This document shows positions 49,901-59,924 of a DNA stretch of 64,000 nt, piece after piece. Origin of the DNA: Gammaproteobacteria bacterium (lineage in GTDB: Bacteria > Pseudomonadota > Gammaproteobacteria > Eutrophobiales > Eutrophobiaceae); contig CBDEUK010000002.1 of NCBI GenBank assembly GCA_965243205.1, positions 224,001-288,000 on the forward strand. Direction: 5' to 3'. A model generated the notes under the pieces. The model ran no database searches. It was not told where the DNA came from and saw only the letters and a list, made by a program, of their open reading frames with translations. Each line of letters begins with the position of its first letter. Positions within the stretch are counted from its first letter, which is position 1. The translations under genes were made by a program, and so were the position numbers.

Positions 49901-50698
49901 ATCCGCGATGCTTGAAAGTTCTTCGACGTATTGACGTAGATCTTTTGGGCCTAATGCGCAATTTAAACCAATGGATAATGGTTTTGCATGGCGTAATGAA
50001 TTCCAAAAAGCTTCTGTTGTTTGTCCTGTTAAAGTACGGCCCGATGCATCGGTAATCGTACCTGAAATCATAATCGGTAAATAAATATTATGATCTTCAT
50101 AGAATTGATCGATTGCAAATAAAGCAGCTTTAGCATTTAGAGTATCGAAGATGGTTTCTACTAATATTAAATCTGCACCACCATCAACTAAACCACGTAT
50201 CGCTTCAGTATAAGATTCCACTAGCTCTATGTAGGTAATGTTTCGGTAACCTGGGTTATTCACATCAGGAGAGATGGAACAGGTTCGATTGGTAGGGCCA
50301 AGTACACCTGCAACAAAGCGTGGTTTGTCAGGTTGCTTTGTTTCAAATTCATCTGCGACTTCTCGTGCAACAGCAGCACCTTGTTTATTCAACTCATATA
50401 CCAAGTCTTCCATTTGGTAGTCAGCCATGGCTATGGAAGTGGCATTAAAGGTATTGGTCTCAACAATGTCGGCACCGGCTTCGAAGTAGGCACCATGAAT
50501 GGCTTTGATAATGTCAGGGCGAACTAAGGTAAGAAGATCATTATTGCCTTTTAAATCGCAAGGATGATCAGCAAATCGCTCACCACGGTAATCATCTTCT
50601 TCCAATTTATAGGATTGGATCATGGTGCCCATTGCACCATCCAAAATTAAAATTCGTTCTGCTAATAAATTTTTAATTAAATCGGTTTTATCGGTCAT
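47000..50698 (-). CDS. metH: cobalamin-dependent methionine synthase
   Basis: [23 protein letters not shown] and [12 protein letters not shown] motifs. Confidence 0.98.
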   Translation of the reverse strand: MTDKTDLIKNLLAERILILDGAMGTMIQSYKLEEDDYRGERFADHPCDLKGNNDLLTLVRPDIIKAIHGAYFEAGADIVETNTFNATSIAMADYQMEDLVYELNKQGAAVAREVADEFETKQPDKPRFVAGVLGPTNRTCSISPDVNNPGYRNITYIELVESYTEAIRGLVDGGADLILVETIFDTLNAKAALFAIDQFYEDHNIYLPIMISGTITDASGRTLTGQTTEAFWNSLRHAKPLSIGLNCALGPKDLRQYVEELSSIADTHVSAHPNAGLPNEFGEYDLDAEPMGEHIKEWAETGLLNIVGGCCGTSPAHIKAMAGVVATVTPRKIPKIDTVQRLSGLEPFNITPEVNFVNVGERTNVAGSPKFLRLVKEEEDLEAALDVARQQVENGAQVIDVCMDEGMLDSEQLMHDFLNLIASEPDISRVPIMIDSSKWTVIESGLRCVQGKCIVNSISLKEGEEKFKQQAKLIRRYGAATVVMAFDETGQADTTERRFEVCKRSYDILVNEVGFPPEDIIFDPNILTVATGMEEHNNYAVSFFEATKQIKDNLPHALVSGGLSNVSFSFRGNNPVREAMHAAFLYHAIHNGMDMGIVNAGQLEVYDEVPKDLLEYIEDVLLNRRDDATDRLVEFAETVKAGASKEKKVDLEWRNGSVGERLTHALVKGISDFIEDDTEEARQQADKPLHVIEGPLMDGMNVVGDLFGDGKMFLPQVVKSARVMKKAVAYLIPFIEEEKAKSGIEESQNNGKIIMATVKGDVHDIGKNIVAVVLQCNNFEVIDMGVMVPAEKILQTAKEENADVIGLSGLITPSLDEMVHVAKEMQRQEFNLPLLIGGATTSRAHTAVKIEPQYTEPVVHVKDASRAVGVAQNLISKDLKSAFAAKIKQEYETVRERHAGKQAKTKWLSIEEARNNAFKTDWQNHAVTKPNKLGITIFDDFPLEELVEYFDWTPFFIAWELAGRFPRILEDEIVGEEATRLYNDAKQMLETIVKEKWFTAKGMFGLFAANAVDDDIEIYTDDNRTELITTIHSLRQQTQKPPGQPNFALADYIAPKSSNIEDYIGVFAVAAGFDMEERVKAFEDDHDDYNAIMLKALADRFAEAFAECLHAKVRQEYWGYAKEEGLDNEALISEEYKGIRPAPGYPACPDHTEKALLWDLLDVEENTGITITENFAMYPTAAVSGWYFSHPESRYFGLGKINKDQVKDYAKRKNMTLEEIERWLAPNLGYEN

Positions 50699-50773
50699 AG
50701 CCTTTTATACAGTTGTTTGAAGCGCGTGATCGATTGATATGTCGTCGCCTCGCTTGGTCTAAATTCTAATCAA

Positions 50774-50843
50774 GCGAGCGTGGTTGAAGTGAAAATCTGA
50801 GCCTGGCGAATCTTATTTAGAGTCGTCGCAACGCTCCTCAGAA
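50774..50843 (-). ncRNA. SAH riboswitch
   Basis: Minus strand CTGAGGAGCGTTGCGAC...CGCCAGGCTCAG...AACCACGCTC in the metH leader. Confidence 0.88.
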
Positions 50844-50889
50844 ATACAGGCGCGAGTATAATACGGATGAATGAGAATGTGTAGAGAGG

Positions 50890-50913
50890 ACGCCTAACCG
50901 AGCGATTAGGCGT
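50890..50913 (-). terminator. hairpin ending the B12-uptake operon
   Basis: ACGCCTAA...TTAGGCGT stem; weak U tract. Confidence 0.5.
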
Positions 50914-50937
50914 AATTGGTTGAATTTTGAACAATAA

Positions 50938-51696
50938 TTACATGTTTTTTCTTCTGAAAAGGATGGTTCCTATGCTGCTCATGAGTAACCAAACACCTGC
51001 TGGGACAGGAACTGCACTAACGGTCAAATCGTCTAAAGCAAAATAAGCTGGTGTGTTCATTCCAAATTGTCCTACGTCTGATGAAGCTAGTGAAAAACCG
51101 ATTTTACTGACGACACCTAAGCTAGTTAGATCTACCCATAACCAATTGTTTAATGCCTGCTCAGAAACAGCATCCCATAATTGAACATCAACTGAATTGG
51201 TAAGATTTGAATTAGCATCGTATCCAGAGATAGTTAAAGTAAAAAAATCCGTATTATCAAAAGGACCTTTGACAAAACCGGCACCATCGTTGCCATCTTG
51301 AATGGCTAAATAGGCGTAAGTTGAGTTTGTAATATAAGCGCCATTAACAATGCTGGATGATGCAAAATCAATATCTGTATTTCCTGGGTTTGCTATACCA
51401 TAGTTTTGTGAGTTGTTAGCACCGATGCCAGTAATAGCACTGTGTTGATTACTAAAGCCGGCAGTAGTGGTATCGGTTTGATTACTGTAGAACCAACCAG
51501 ATGCACAACAGTTAAAGGCTTCATTCCAATCTTGATTGAAGGTAATGCCACCACTATTAAAAGTTGTATCAAAACCTGCAACAAATGCTGAATTATTAGG
51601 TAAGCTTAAATCATCAAACGTTGCAACATTTGCATTGGCTAGGTTTGGTATTATTAATGTTGATAATAATCCTATAGATAAAAGATAATTTCTCAT
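50938..51696 (-). CDS. DUF4465-like exported protein with VPxPA-CTERM (PEP-CTERM-type) tail
   Basis: ITNSTY, W.WVDLTSLG and G.NTPAYFALDD motifs; C-terminal VPVPAGVW-TM-RRK. Confidence 0.78.
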   Translation of the reverse strand: MRNYLLSIGLLSTLIIPNLANANVATFDDLSLPNNSAFVAGFDTTFNSGGITFNQDWNEAFNCCASGWFYSNQTDTTTAGFSNQHSAITGIGANNSQNYGIANPGNTDIDFASSSIVNGAYITNSTYAYLAIQDGNDGAGFVKGPFDNTDFFTLTISGYDANSNLTNSVDVQLWDAVSEQALNNWLWVDLTSLGVVSKIGFSLASSDVGQFGMNTPAYFALDDLTVSAVPVPAGVWLLMSSIGTILFRRKNM

Positions 51697-51710
51697 ATGT
51701 AGGTACCTCT

Positions 51711-52544
51711 TTAGTTTTTATTAGTTGTATAAATTCTTTTGCTTATAAAAGTGATAATCAAAAATAAAATGAATTGTGAATAAATTGGCAGTGGAATAGG
51801 GGTTGGTGGACTTTCTTGAATGTGAATCACACCTACGGCTTCTAAATCAAAACCAGCACTCTGAGTAGTTTTATAAGGATCATAAATCGGATTGGGCCCA
51901 CCAAATTCAGAAGATAAGTCATCGAACTCGGTACCGTTGCCTAAAATATCAATTAATCGTACATAACGAATATTATTAATATCTAAACCTGGAGTGCCTG
52001 CGAGTTCATTAAGATCAAAAGGTGTTCCAAATGCAGCTCGATATTTACCCGCATAACCATGAATATTAATTGGGTCGACGTTTCCAAATGCCCCGACTGG
52101 TAAAAACGTAAAAGAAAAGTTTTCAAATCGAGTGTAGTTAATTCCATCAGAACTTACTTCAACAAAGGCCAGTTCTAAAAAGGTATCACTAAAGGCATTG
52201 CCAAAGATTGCAAAGTCAGCACCAGTCCCATCATAGATAACCCCATTAAACGTCATTGTTATTTGACCACCATTGCCAAGACTTACTGTGTCAAAAACAG
52301 GATCAACTAGACTTGAAGGACCTAAGGCTTTTTCTGGTGTCTGAAAAGTAGCACTGATATCAGTGCCGTATATTAAATCTTGATAACCAGTAGCCCATGC
52401 TTGAATACTAGTTGAAGTAGATGCAATGGCAGTGGAACCAGGTTGGCCAGCAGCAGGAGCATAAGGCCAAGTGACAGCAATCAACGGTTTACTGTAGAAG
52501 AAAAATATCGAAATAATTAGATAGAGTTTAATTTTCATATACAA
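51711..52544 (-). CDS. exported cell-surface protein with Pro-rich/TM/basic sorting tail
   Basis: SLGNGGQIT..F, DG.G.DF.IF.N.F, EVSSDG and GFDLEAV motifs; C-terminal PIPLP-TM-KR. Confidence 0.7.
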   Translation of the reverse strand: MYMKIKLYLIISIFFFYSKPLIAVTWPYAPAAGQPGSTAIASTSTSIQAWATGYQDLIYGTDISATFQTPEKALGPSSLVDPVFDTVSLGNGGQITMTFNGVIYDGTGADFAIFGNAFSDTFLELAFVEVSSDGINYTRFENFSFTFLPVGAFGNVDPINIHGYAGKYRAAFGTPFDLNELAGTPGLDINNIRYVRLIDILGNGTEFDDLSSEFGGPNPIYDPYKTTQSAGFDLEAVGVIHIQESPPTPIPLPIYSQFILFLIITFISKRIYTTNKN

Positions 52545-52550
52545 ATATTA

Positions 52551-54578
52551 TTAAAAAATGAATCGTATACCTGAATAAATATTACGTTCAGGTTGAGGAT
52601 AAAATGTTTGAGAAAAAGCGATGGTTGAATAAATTTCATTAAATAAATTATTTACGCCAACAAAGAATTCAATATTGTCTTTATTAAACTGTAATTCAGC
52701 ATCTTCAACGCGATAAGCTTTGAGTTTTGGTAATGTATTGCTTAAATCATTACCATCGTAACGCTCACCGACATAATGCGTACTTAATAATAGATTTGCC
52801 CAAGGAAGTAATTGCCATTGCATGCTTGCATTAGCAGTGAGTCTTGGAGCATGTGGAATATCTGATGATTGAAACTTGGGGCGGACGTATCCAAAATTAC
52901 CATTTAAAGTTAAGCCTTCTAATGGAATTACCGTTAATTCTAATTCAAAGCCAGTACGTTTGGTTTTTTCACGCAAATTAAAATTCACGTTTTGTAGTGT
53001 GGTGGTATCAAACCCAAAGAAAATTTCATTACGATTTTTCAACTGGAAGATTGAAGCTGATAATTGAAGTTTTGAAGAATAATATCGAAAGCCAGCTTCT
53101 GTATTATTGCCTGATTGAGGTCTTAGTGTGTTTGATGCTAAAACTAATTCATCGCTGTTCGGTGTACGAAAATTTCTAGAGAAATTGGTATAGACATACC
53201 AATGATTATTTATTTGATAGTTTAAACCAAACTCATAAGCTTCACTTTCCCAATCTTCTGATTGTCTACCAGTAACTCGATAGCCGAAGACTGGTGGGGG
53301 AGCGGATATTAATCCAACGGACTGCCGTAGCTGTTTTGCATGAAACCAGTTATGACGATATCCAATATTGAATAGTAAACTATTTGTTAAATTTGATTCG
53401 AATACAATATAGGTTCCTTGTTCATAAACACTTGCATCAGTACGTACTTCATTTATTTGTTCTTCGCCTTCTGAACGTAAATAGTCACTGTGATGGTAAC
53501 TGAAGCCAGATTCTATTTTAGTATTCCGATTGAATAGCTGAAATGGATAGACATGATCTATATTTAAATCTAAATATTCACCAGACAATAAAATATTTTC
53601 TCGTTGTAATAAGGATGTTGCTGGGTTGAAATTCAAAACATTCGGATCCGTTTTGCGATTGCGATAAGCTGCAATTAAATTCATTTCTCCTGCTTCTTTT
53701 AAATCAATATCGCTGCCAATGGAGAATCTATATTCACGAGTTTCATTAAAATCAAATGGTGTATTAGTGCTGCGTCTCGTCGTTGATGAGGTGTTAAAAT
53801 TTTCTAGTGATACGTTGCCTGGACTTCCCGCTTTATCATCGTGCAAAGAGGTGTTTAGAAAAAAAGAAAGAATATCGGAGTGCTTGTAATTAAATTTTAA
53901 TGCATAGTTTTTTGACTCTAAGTAACCATTGTCTCGATAGCCATTTGTATCTAAGGTCGACACTCTAAAGCTAGTAGCTAATTTATTGCTTGCGATTGAA
54001 CCACTAATATTATTTTCCCAACGATCAAACGATCCATATTGAGTTTGTAATGATAATGATCGACTATTAGGAGAAGCTTGTTTGGTTTTGATATCAATAA
54101 CACCGCCTACAGCATTATTTCCGTAACGAACGGAACCACCACCACGAATGATTTTTACTGATTTAATATTATCGAGTGGAATAGATGATAAATCGGCGGA
54201 TGCTAAGGTATCGCTATTAATTCGTACTCCATCGACAAAAATAGCAACATTACTAACAGCGGTTTCACCTTGCCCACGAATATCGATACTGGCTAAACGA
54301 TCATCACCATAAAAGGATTTTAAATTCAGATTGGCTTGAGACTTTAAAACATCGATTAATGAATTTGCAGTTGATTGCTGAATATCATCTGCTGTAATGA
54401 TTTTAATGCTTTGTGATTTCGATAGTATCGATTCAGCAGGTGATACAGCTATAACATCTAGCGTATCGAGTTGTAAAATATCATCATTTGCATGACAAAT
54501 GGATGCGATAAACATTGTTAATACAACAATATTTACTACAGCATTAAAGAACATTTTTTTATTTAAAAGCTGACTCAT
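52551..54578 (-). CDS. TonB-dependent receptor, probably for cobalamin (BtuB-like)
   Basis: TonB box, plug (IDIRG, YG..AVGGVI.I.T), C-terminal Phe; under a cobalamin riboswitch. Confidence 0.85.
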   Translation of the reverse strand: MSQLLNKKMFFNAVVNIVVLTMFIASICHANDDILQLDTLDVIAVSPAESILSKSQSIKIITADDIQQSTANSLIDVLKSQANLNLKSFYGDDRLASIDIRGQGETAVSNVAIFVDGVRINSDTLASADLSSIPLDNIKSVKIIRGGGSVRYGNNAVGGVIDIKTKQASPNSRSLSLQTQYGSFDRWENNISGSIASNKLATSFRVSTLDTNGYRDNGYLESKNYALKFNYKHSDILSFFLNTSLHDDKAGSPGNVSLENFNTSSTTRRSTNTPFDFNETREYRFSIGSDIDLKEAGEMNLIAAYRNRKTDPNVLNFNPATSLLQRENILLSGEYLDLNIDHVYPFQLFNRNTKIESGFSYHHSDYLRSEGEEQINEVRTDASVYEQGTYIVFESNLTNSLLFNIGYRHNWFHAKQLRQSVGLISAPPPVFGYRVTGRQSEDWESEAYEFGLNYQINNHWYVYTNFSRNFRTPNSDELVLASNTLRPQSGNNTEAGFRYYSSKLQLSASIFQLKNRNEIFFGFDTTTLQNVNFNLREKTKRTGFELELTVIPLEGLTLNGNFGYVRPKFQSSDIPHAPRLTANASMQWQLLPWANLLLSTHYVGERYDGNDLSNTLPKLKAYRVEDAELQFNKDNIEFFVGVNNLFNEIYSTIAFSQTFYPQPERNIYSGIRFIF

Positions 54579-54702
54579 ACTATTTCAGTCAGCGGAAGGC
54601 GCTTTTATGAATGTGTCACGCGACAAAAGCTATAGGCGTATAATCCTATATCAAGCAGTTAACCCATTCATGATGCCCACCGCATCATTGGTTCAAATTT
54701 CG

Positions 54703-54890
54703 AAATAGGCCGGTATCCGGGCTGATGAGTTGCTATTTTGCCTAACTATTCCCTTCCCACGAACAAGTCGCAGTGGTTACGAATAGGGTTTACTCAATCA
54801 CCGTTGCGGGGGCAGCGTTGGATTTGTTTTAAAATTAAACCACCAAACTTCCCGTTTAACTTGCATTAAATTGATGCAAGCACCTATAAC
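54703..54890 (-). ncRNA. cobalamin (AdoCbl) riboswitch
   Basis: Minus strand AGGTGC..AAACGGGAAG..GGTG..AAATCC..GCTGCCCCCGCAACGGTGA..CCACTG..GGGAAGG..AGCCCGGATACCGGCC. Confidence 0.92.
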
Positions 54891-55026
54891 TGTGCGGATG
54901 ATATGTTTTTTTACGGTAACTTAAAAGCTTTTTTTGATACAATCACAATGGCAGAGTTATGCAGTATTGAATTTTAGTTCTATAATAATATTCCATATCA
55001 ATTTATTTTTTTTACGAGATATTTTT

Positions 55027-55551
55027 ATGAATAAACATCTTTGGTTGTTTTTTGGTCTTGTGCTCATTGTATTATTTTCAAGATTAATTCCACACCCACC
55101 TAACTTTACACCTATTGTTGCATTAGGCTTGTTTATAGGTGCATATTCCAAAAATGCTTTTATGTGGGCATTGCCACTATTAGGTGTTTTATTAAGTGAT
55201 TTTATTTTAGGTTTTTATCATCCGATGAGTATGGCTGCAGTTTATTTAGGAATTATTTTAAGCGCTGTAGTAGGTAAATTATTTTTATTTAATAAAATTA
55301 AAGCAGTGAATGTATTCGGATCTTCCATAGGGTCAGCGGTTATATTTTTTATCGTTTCAAATTTCGGTGTTTGGATGAGCGGCCAGTTTTATCCGTTATC
55401 ACTAACCGGTCTGACTGAGTGTTATATTGCAGCGATTCCATTTTTCAAAAATACATTGATTTCAACAGTTTTATATTCCACAGCTTTATTTTTAATATAT
55501 GAATATATAAAAAATAAAGACAACCCTTTAGCTATGTCTAAAAGTTATTAA
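55027..55551 (+). CDS. btuM: BtuM-like solitary ECF S-component (DUF6580), cobalamin transporter
   Basis: RLIPHPPNFTP, SD..LGFY, FF.VSNF.VW and CY.AAIPFF motifs; B12 context; ATG 55027 is the likely start. Confidence 0.7.
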   Translation: MNKHLWLFFGLVLIVLFSRLIPHPPNFTPIVALGLFIGAYSKNAFMWALPLLGVLLSDFILGFYHPMSMAAVYLGIILSAVVGKLFLFNKIKAVNVFGSSIGSAVIFFIVSNFGVWMSGQFYPLSLTGLTECYIAAIPFFKNTLISTVLYSTALFLIYEYIKNKDNPLAMSKSY

Positions 55552-55583
55552 ATTTATTTTTTTATAGGTTTGTTGTTGTAAAA

Positions 55584-56144
55584 ATGTCTGATCGAATTTC
55601 TAAGATAGTAACTAAAACGGGTGATGGTGGTACAACCGGTCTTGGCGATGGCTCTAGAGTTGATAAAGATACATTTCGTATACAAGCGATTGGTACTATT
55701 GATGAACTTAATAGTCATCTAGGTGTTATAATAGCCAGTGGTGTCAGTAATGATATTTCTGGGTATTTGTTAAATATTCAACACCGTTTATTTGATGTTG
55801 GTGGTGAGTTGGCTGTTCCTGGTAATGCAGTACTTTCAGAAGAATCAATAGAACGCATTGAAGAATTAATCGAAACTTATAATGAAGATTTACCTCCACT
55901 AAAAGAATTTATACTACCTGGTGGAAATCTAACGGGTTCAATTTGTCATTTAGCGCGCTGTGTATGCCGAAGAGCTGAGCGTCATTTAATTTCTTTATCT
56001 AGAAATGAGTATGTTAATCCATTGACTATTGTTTATATTAATCGTCTTTCGGATTTATTATTTGTATTTGCTCGGACATTGGTTTTAGCGGCAGGCGATC
56101 GAGAAGTTTATTGGGAAAGTAAGCGATTAAAAAATTCTGTTTAA
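55584..56144 (+). CDS. pduO: ATP:cob(I)alamin adenosyltransferase, PduO type
   Basis: TKTGDGGTT, G..DELNS, F.LPGG, RRAER and NRLSD motifs. Confidence 0.92.
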   Translation: MSDRISKIVTKTGDGGTTGLGDGSRVDKDTFRIQAIGTIDELNSHLGVIIASGVSNDISGYLLNIQHRLFDVGGELAVPGNAVLSEESIERIEELIETYNEDLPPLKEFILPGGNLTGSICHLARCVCRRAERHLISLSRNEYVNPLTIVYINRLSDLLFVFARTLVLAAGDREVYWESKRLKNSV

Positions 56145-56155
56145 TTAGCGAAAGT

Positions 56156-56800
56156 TTATTTTTGTATTTTTAAAACACGTCCTTCTCGTTGCATATCAAA
56201 TTTACTTAAAAATGAATTGCCTAGTAAGATAATAGCTGGAAAATCTGAGTCATGGACACTGCCCGTAACATCTCGTAGTTCTAAATCGCCAACTTTTACT
56301 TTTTTTAATTTCACAATATAAACTTCTGAAACACCACTGGCTGTTTGAGAAAAAGATTTTTTGCCTTCTAATTTATAATTAATGCCAACTCTTTTAGCAA
56401 CATTTCGATTCATAGAAACTAAAGTTGCACCTGTATCAACCAGCATTTCAACTTGAAAGCCATTGATACTACCATTCACAAAATACATACCTCTAGAGTT
56501 TGGAGCTACAGTTAACGTGGCCTCTTTATTAGCTTTTTTGAATTGATTGCTGATTTTTGTGCCCAGCTTCATTTTTTTGCGTTCGCCATTAATTTCCAAT
56601 ACAGCGAATTCACTATCGGCTGAGATTAGAAGAACACCTTCAGGACTACGTTTACCTTTTTTTAATACACGTTGTTTACCATCGATACTAATAACGGCTT
56701 TATCTTTAAATAAACCAATAACACTGACACGTTCTACGGCAAGACTATTAATATTAATTAAAATTAAAAAAATTAATAATCCATATTTGACAAAATGCAT
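56156..56800 (-). CDS. clan AA (retropepsin-like) aspartic protease, TIGR02281 type
   Basis: LVDTGAT, TASG and LLG.SFL motifs. Confidence 0.85.
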   Translation of the reverse strand: MHFVKYGLLIFLILININSLAVERVSVIGLFKDKAVISIDGKQRVLKKGKRSPEGVLLISADSEFAVLEINGERKKMKLGTKISNQFKKANKEATLTVAPNSRGMYFVNGSINGFQVEMLVDTGATLVSMNRNVAKRVGINYKLEGKKSFSQTASGVSEVYIVKLKKVKVGDLELRDVTGSVHDSDFPAIILLGNSFLSKFDMQREGRVLKIQK

Positions 56801-56878
56801 TGATATTCCAGTTGTGGTCTATATTGATTCATTATTATAGACAAATTTATGCTGATAGGTTTAATTATCTATCAATCA

Positions 56879-57748
56879 TTATTGAATGATTTTGGGAATT
56901 AAATTGATATCCCAATGTTTAGTTGCCCAATCTAATATGATTTTAGGCTCTTCGTAAATTAGATCTTGAGGAATTGATTGACCAAGAAATTTTAATGCAT
57001 TTGTTAACTGCGTTTGAATATCATGTTCATCGATTGGTTTCGCGAAAGTTTGTTTGCTGAGCTTTTCTCCTTGTTGATTTATCACTACGGGGATATGACC
57101 ATATATTGGAGTTTTATATTCAAGTAATATTTGCAGATAAATTTGACGAGGTGTTGAATCAAGTAAATCTGCACCACGAATAATATGAGTAATACCAGAC
57201 TTATGATCATCAATGACAGTAGCAAGATGATATGAAAACATCTTATCAGAACGATATATAACAAAATCTCCAACATCTGATATTAAATTTTGTTGAAACT
57301 TGGCCTGAATTAGATCATTTACAATACCGTCATTATTTTTAACTTTTAATCGAATCGAACTATCTGCGTCTGTAATTTTTTTATTGCGACAATTTCCAGG
57401 ATATGGACCATTAGGTAAAATTTTGCGTGTACATACACAACGATAGACGTCATCAGACTCAATTAATCTTTGTAATATTTCTTCATACTGCGATAGTTGT
57501 TGCTGTTGATAAACAACTTCTTCGTCCCACTCTAATCCATAAGATTCAAGTGTATGTAAAATAAGTTCGTTGTATTCAGGTTTACAACGTTGATGATCGA
57601 TATCATCTATACGAACTAGCCAAGTTCCAGAGTGAGATTTTGCATCGATATAACTAGCAACGGCCGCAACGAGAGAACCAAAATGCAGTGGGCCAGTAGG
57701 AGAGGGGGCAAAACGCCCCCGATATTTTGTTTTAGTTGGGAATGGCAT
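56879..57748 (-). CDS. gluQ: glutamyl-Q tRNA(Asp) synthetase
   Basis: GRFAPSPTGPLHFGS, RGADLL.ST.RQ and KLSKQ motifs; no anticodon domain; follows dksA. Confidence 0.92.
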   Translation of the reverse strand: MPFPTKTKYRGRFAPSPTGPLHFGSLVAAVASYIDAKSHSGTWLVRIDDIDHQRCKPEYNELILHTLESYGLEWDEEVVYQQQQLSQYEEILQRLIESDDVYRCVCTRKILPNGPYPGNCRNKKITDADSSIRLKVKNNDGIVNDLIQAKFQQNLISDVGDFVIYRSDKMFSYHLATVIDDHKSGITHIIRGADLLDSTPRQIYLQILLEYKTPIYGHIPVVINQQGEKLSKQTFAKPIDEHDIQTQLTNALKFLGQSIPQDLIYEEPKIILDWATKHWDINLIPKIIQ

Positions 57749-57777
57749 ATTCCCGAAAGATTAGTCTATGAAAAAAA

Positions 57778-58527
57778 TTATCGTGTACGGTCATCCATAT
57801 CGCTGAATTGGCGTTTACGCAACTCACGGCGTTCTTGTGCTTCGATACATAAGGTTGCAACTGGACGAGCTTCTAAACGTTTAACACCAATTTCTTCGCC
57901 CGTTTCTTCACAATAGCCATAAGTACCTTCGTCGATACGGTTAAGAGCGGCATTGATTTTACGTAATAATTTACGCTCTCTATCACGAGTTCTAAGTTCT
58001 AATCCGAACTCTTCTTCTTGTGTCGCTCTATCAGCAGGATCAGGAAAATTACTCGCGTCTTCTTTCATATGGTCAACGGTACGATTGACTTCTTCAATTA
58101 AATCGTTTTTCCAGTTGAGTAAGATTTCACGAAAGTGCTCTAGTTGAGCATCATTCATATAATCTTCATTTTTTTCTGGCTCATAAGGGATGAAGTCCTG
58201 AGGACCATCGACTTTTTTAACTTTTGAGACAGTTTTCTTAGCAGGAGCTTTTTTCTTAACTGCTTTCTTTGCTTCTGTTTTCTTAGTTGAAGCTTTTTTG
58301 GTGGTTTTTTTCTTAGATACGGATTTAGTACTACTCACTTTTTTTGCGACCTTCTTTGCTACTTTTTTCTTAACTGTCTTTTTAGCTACTTTCTTTTTTG
58401 ATGTGGTCTTTTTCTTAGCGACAGTCTTCTTTTTGGCTGCAGTTTTTTTTGCAACCTTCTTAGTTACTTTTTTAGCTACCTTTTTCTTGGCAACTTTCTT
58501 TTTAGCTGTTTTCTTTTTTGCAGCCAT
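57778..58527 (-). CDS. dksA: DksA with histone-H1-like Lys/Ala-rich N-terminal extension
   Basis: DPADRA.QEEE, RDRERKL, CEETGEEIG..RLEARP.A.LC; start reassigned to ATG 58527. Confidence 0.92.
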   Translation of the reverse strand: MAAKKKTAKKKVAKKKVAKKVTKKVAKKTAAKKKTVAKKKTTSKKKVAKKTVKKKVAKKVAKKVSSTKSVSKKKTTKKASTKKTEAKKAVKKKAPAKKTVSKVKKVDGPQDFIPYEPEKNEDYMNDAQLEHFREILLNWKNDLIEEVNRTVDHMKEDASNFPDPADRATQEEEFGLELRTRDRERKLLRKINAALNRIDEGTYGYCEETGEEIGVKRLEARPVATLCIEAQERRELRKRQFSDMDDRTR

Positions 58528-58605
58528 AATTTTGCTTCCTACGAGTGTGTTCGTGAAATCAGCCGCCTTTTTTACCAGAAAGCCCATACCGAGGCAATCT
58601 TGATT

Positions 58606-59328
58606 TTAAGAGGCAATTGTGATCTTTTTGTATTCTTTTACCCAAATATTCGTAGCAGCACACACAGCAACTGGCATGACGATGAAATTTAACAAAGGGA
58701 TCATTGCCATTAACATTGTCATTGAGCCAAAACCGAGAGCGAGCCAACGTTTCTGTTTAATTAATAAACGTTCTTGCTTAAATTTCATACCATGATTAGC
58801 CATTGGAAAATCAATATATTGCAATGCCAGCATCCATGCACCGAATAATAGCCATAGGAACTGCATCCCAGGGATAAAAGACAACAGTAGTACAGGTATG
58901 GCTCGGGTTGCGTAATACAGCAGTTTGGATAATTCAGATGTAATAGCAGTGATAATTTCCATTGTGATGGAACGACTAGGCAGAACCATATCCTTATCGG
59001 ATAGATAGAGTTCTACAGCTTCTGCTAAAAAACCATTAAATGGTGCTGCAATCAGATTAGCTAATATAGAAAAAGTAAAAAAAACAAAGACTAACATTGC
59101 AAATATGAATAATGGCCAAATCAACCATTGAAGCCATTCTAACCAACTCCACCAATTAGCAATACTAATAACAAATTCTTGAGTTTGGTAAATCGCAAAC
59201 CAGATAGCGATTGAAAAGAGTATGATATTGACGAATAAAGGAACAAAGACGTACTTTCGTATTTTGGGTTTAAAAATAAAGCCAAAACCAGAGAAGAAAT
59301 ACGAAACACCGCGAAAAAAGTCGTTCAT
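58606..59328 (-). CDS. cysZ: sulfate transporter CysZ
   Basis: ANLIAAPFNG.LAE.VE, QY.D.P and P.AVCAAT motifs. Confidence 0.85.
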   Translation of the reverse strand: MNDFFRGVSYFFSGFGFIFKPKIRKYVFVPLFVNIILFSIAIWFAIYQTQEFVISIANWWSWLEWLQWLIWPLFIFAMLVFVFFTFSILANLIAAPFNGFLAEAVELYLSDKDMVLPSRSITMEIITAITSELSKLLYYATRAIPVLLLSFIPGMQFLWLLFGAWMLALQYIDFPMANHGMKFKQERLLIKQKRWLALGFGSMTMLMAMIPLLNFIVMPVAVCAATNIWVKEYKKITIAS

Positions 59329-59340
59329 ATTTATATTGCT

Positions 59341-59730
59341 TTACGGTAACTCAACTTTATTAGGAGCTTGCCATTTTGGGTTTCTATGTTCTGCTATGAC
59401 AGTGGTATAAATTCCACCTCTCACGTTAAATTCGCCCGTAACCTTCATATAGTTAGGTTGGATAGCATTCACTATGTCATCGAGTATTTCATTGGTAACG
59501 GCTTCATGAAAGGCTCCTCGTTCACGAAATGTCCACATGTATAATTTGAGTGATTTCAATTCCACACATAGTTCGTTTGGTACGTAAGCAATTTCAATAT
59601 TAGCAAAGTCAGGCTGTCCTGTTTTGGGGCATAAACAGGTAAATTCAGGGATATCTATGCGTATTGTAAATGTGTTTTCAGGTGATGGATTAGGAAATGT
59701 TTCTAAGTCTTTGCTTGGCTGTAATGCCAT
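59341..59730 (-). CDS. queF: preQ0 reductase, type I
   Basis: [26 protein letters not shown] and RGG motifs. Confidence 0.95.
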   Translation of the reverse strand: MALQPSKDLETFPNPSPENTFTIRIDIPEFTCLCPKTGQPDFANIEIAYVPNELCVELKSLKLYMWTFRERGAFHEAVTNEILDDIVNAIQPNYMKVTGEFNVRGGIYTTVIAEHRNPKWQAPNKVELP

Positions 59731-59924
59731 TGTTTTTACCTCTATTTATGACAACTCTTAACGATAACATAAAAAAATCTAAAGCGGAGCTAACTCTTAA
59801 TAAAAAACTTTAAATAAACATGCTATATTATATAAATCAATAAGTTATATTATTACTTTAAAGTAAAAAATAGTTTTAAGTTTTGCTTGTCTCGACTATT
59901 TTAACTCTGCTATTGTTACGCCCC

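Noticed and set aside
58298-58603. 101-aa Phe-rich plus-strand ORF with repeats
   Set aside because: Antisense shadow of the Lys-rich dksA extension
59835-59847. IHF consensus AATCAATAAGTTA between queF and smc (similar match at 10353-10365)
   Set aside because: Short AT-rich consensus expected by chance at this base composition; no independent support
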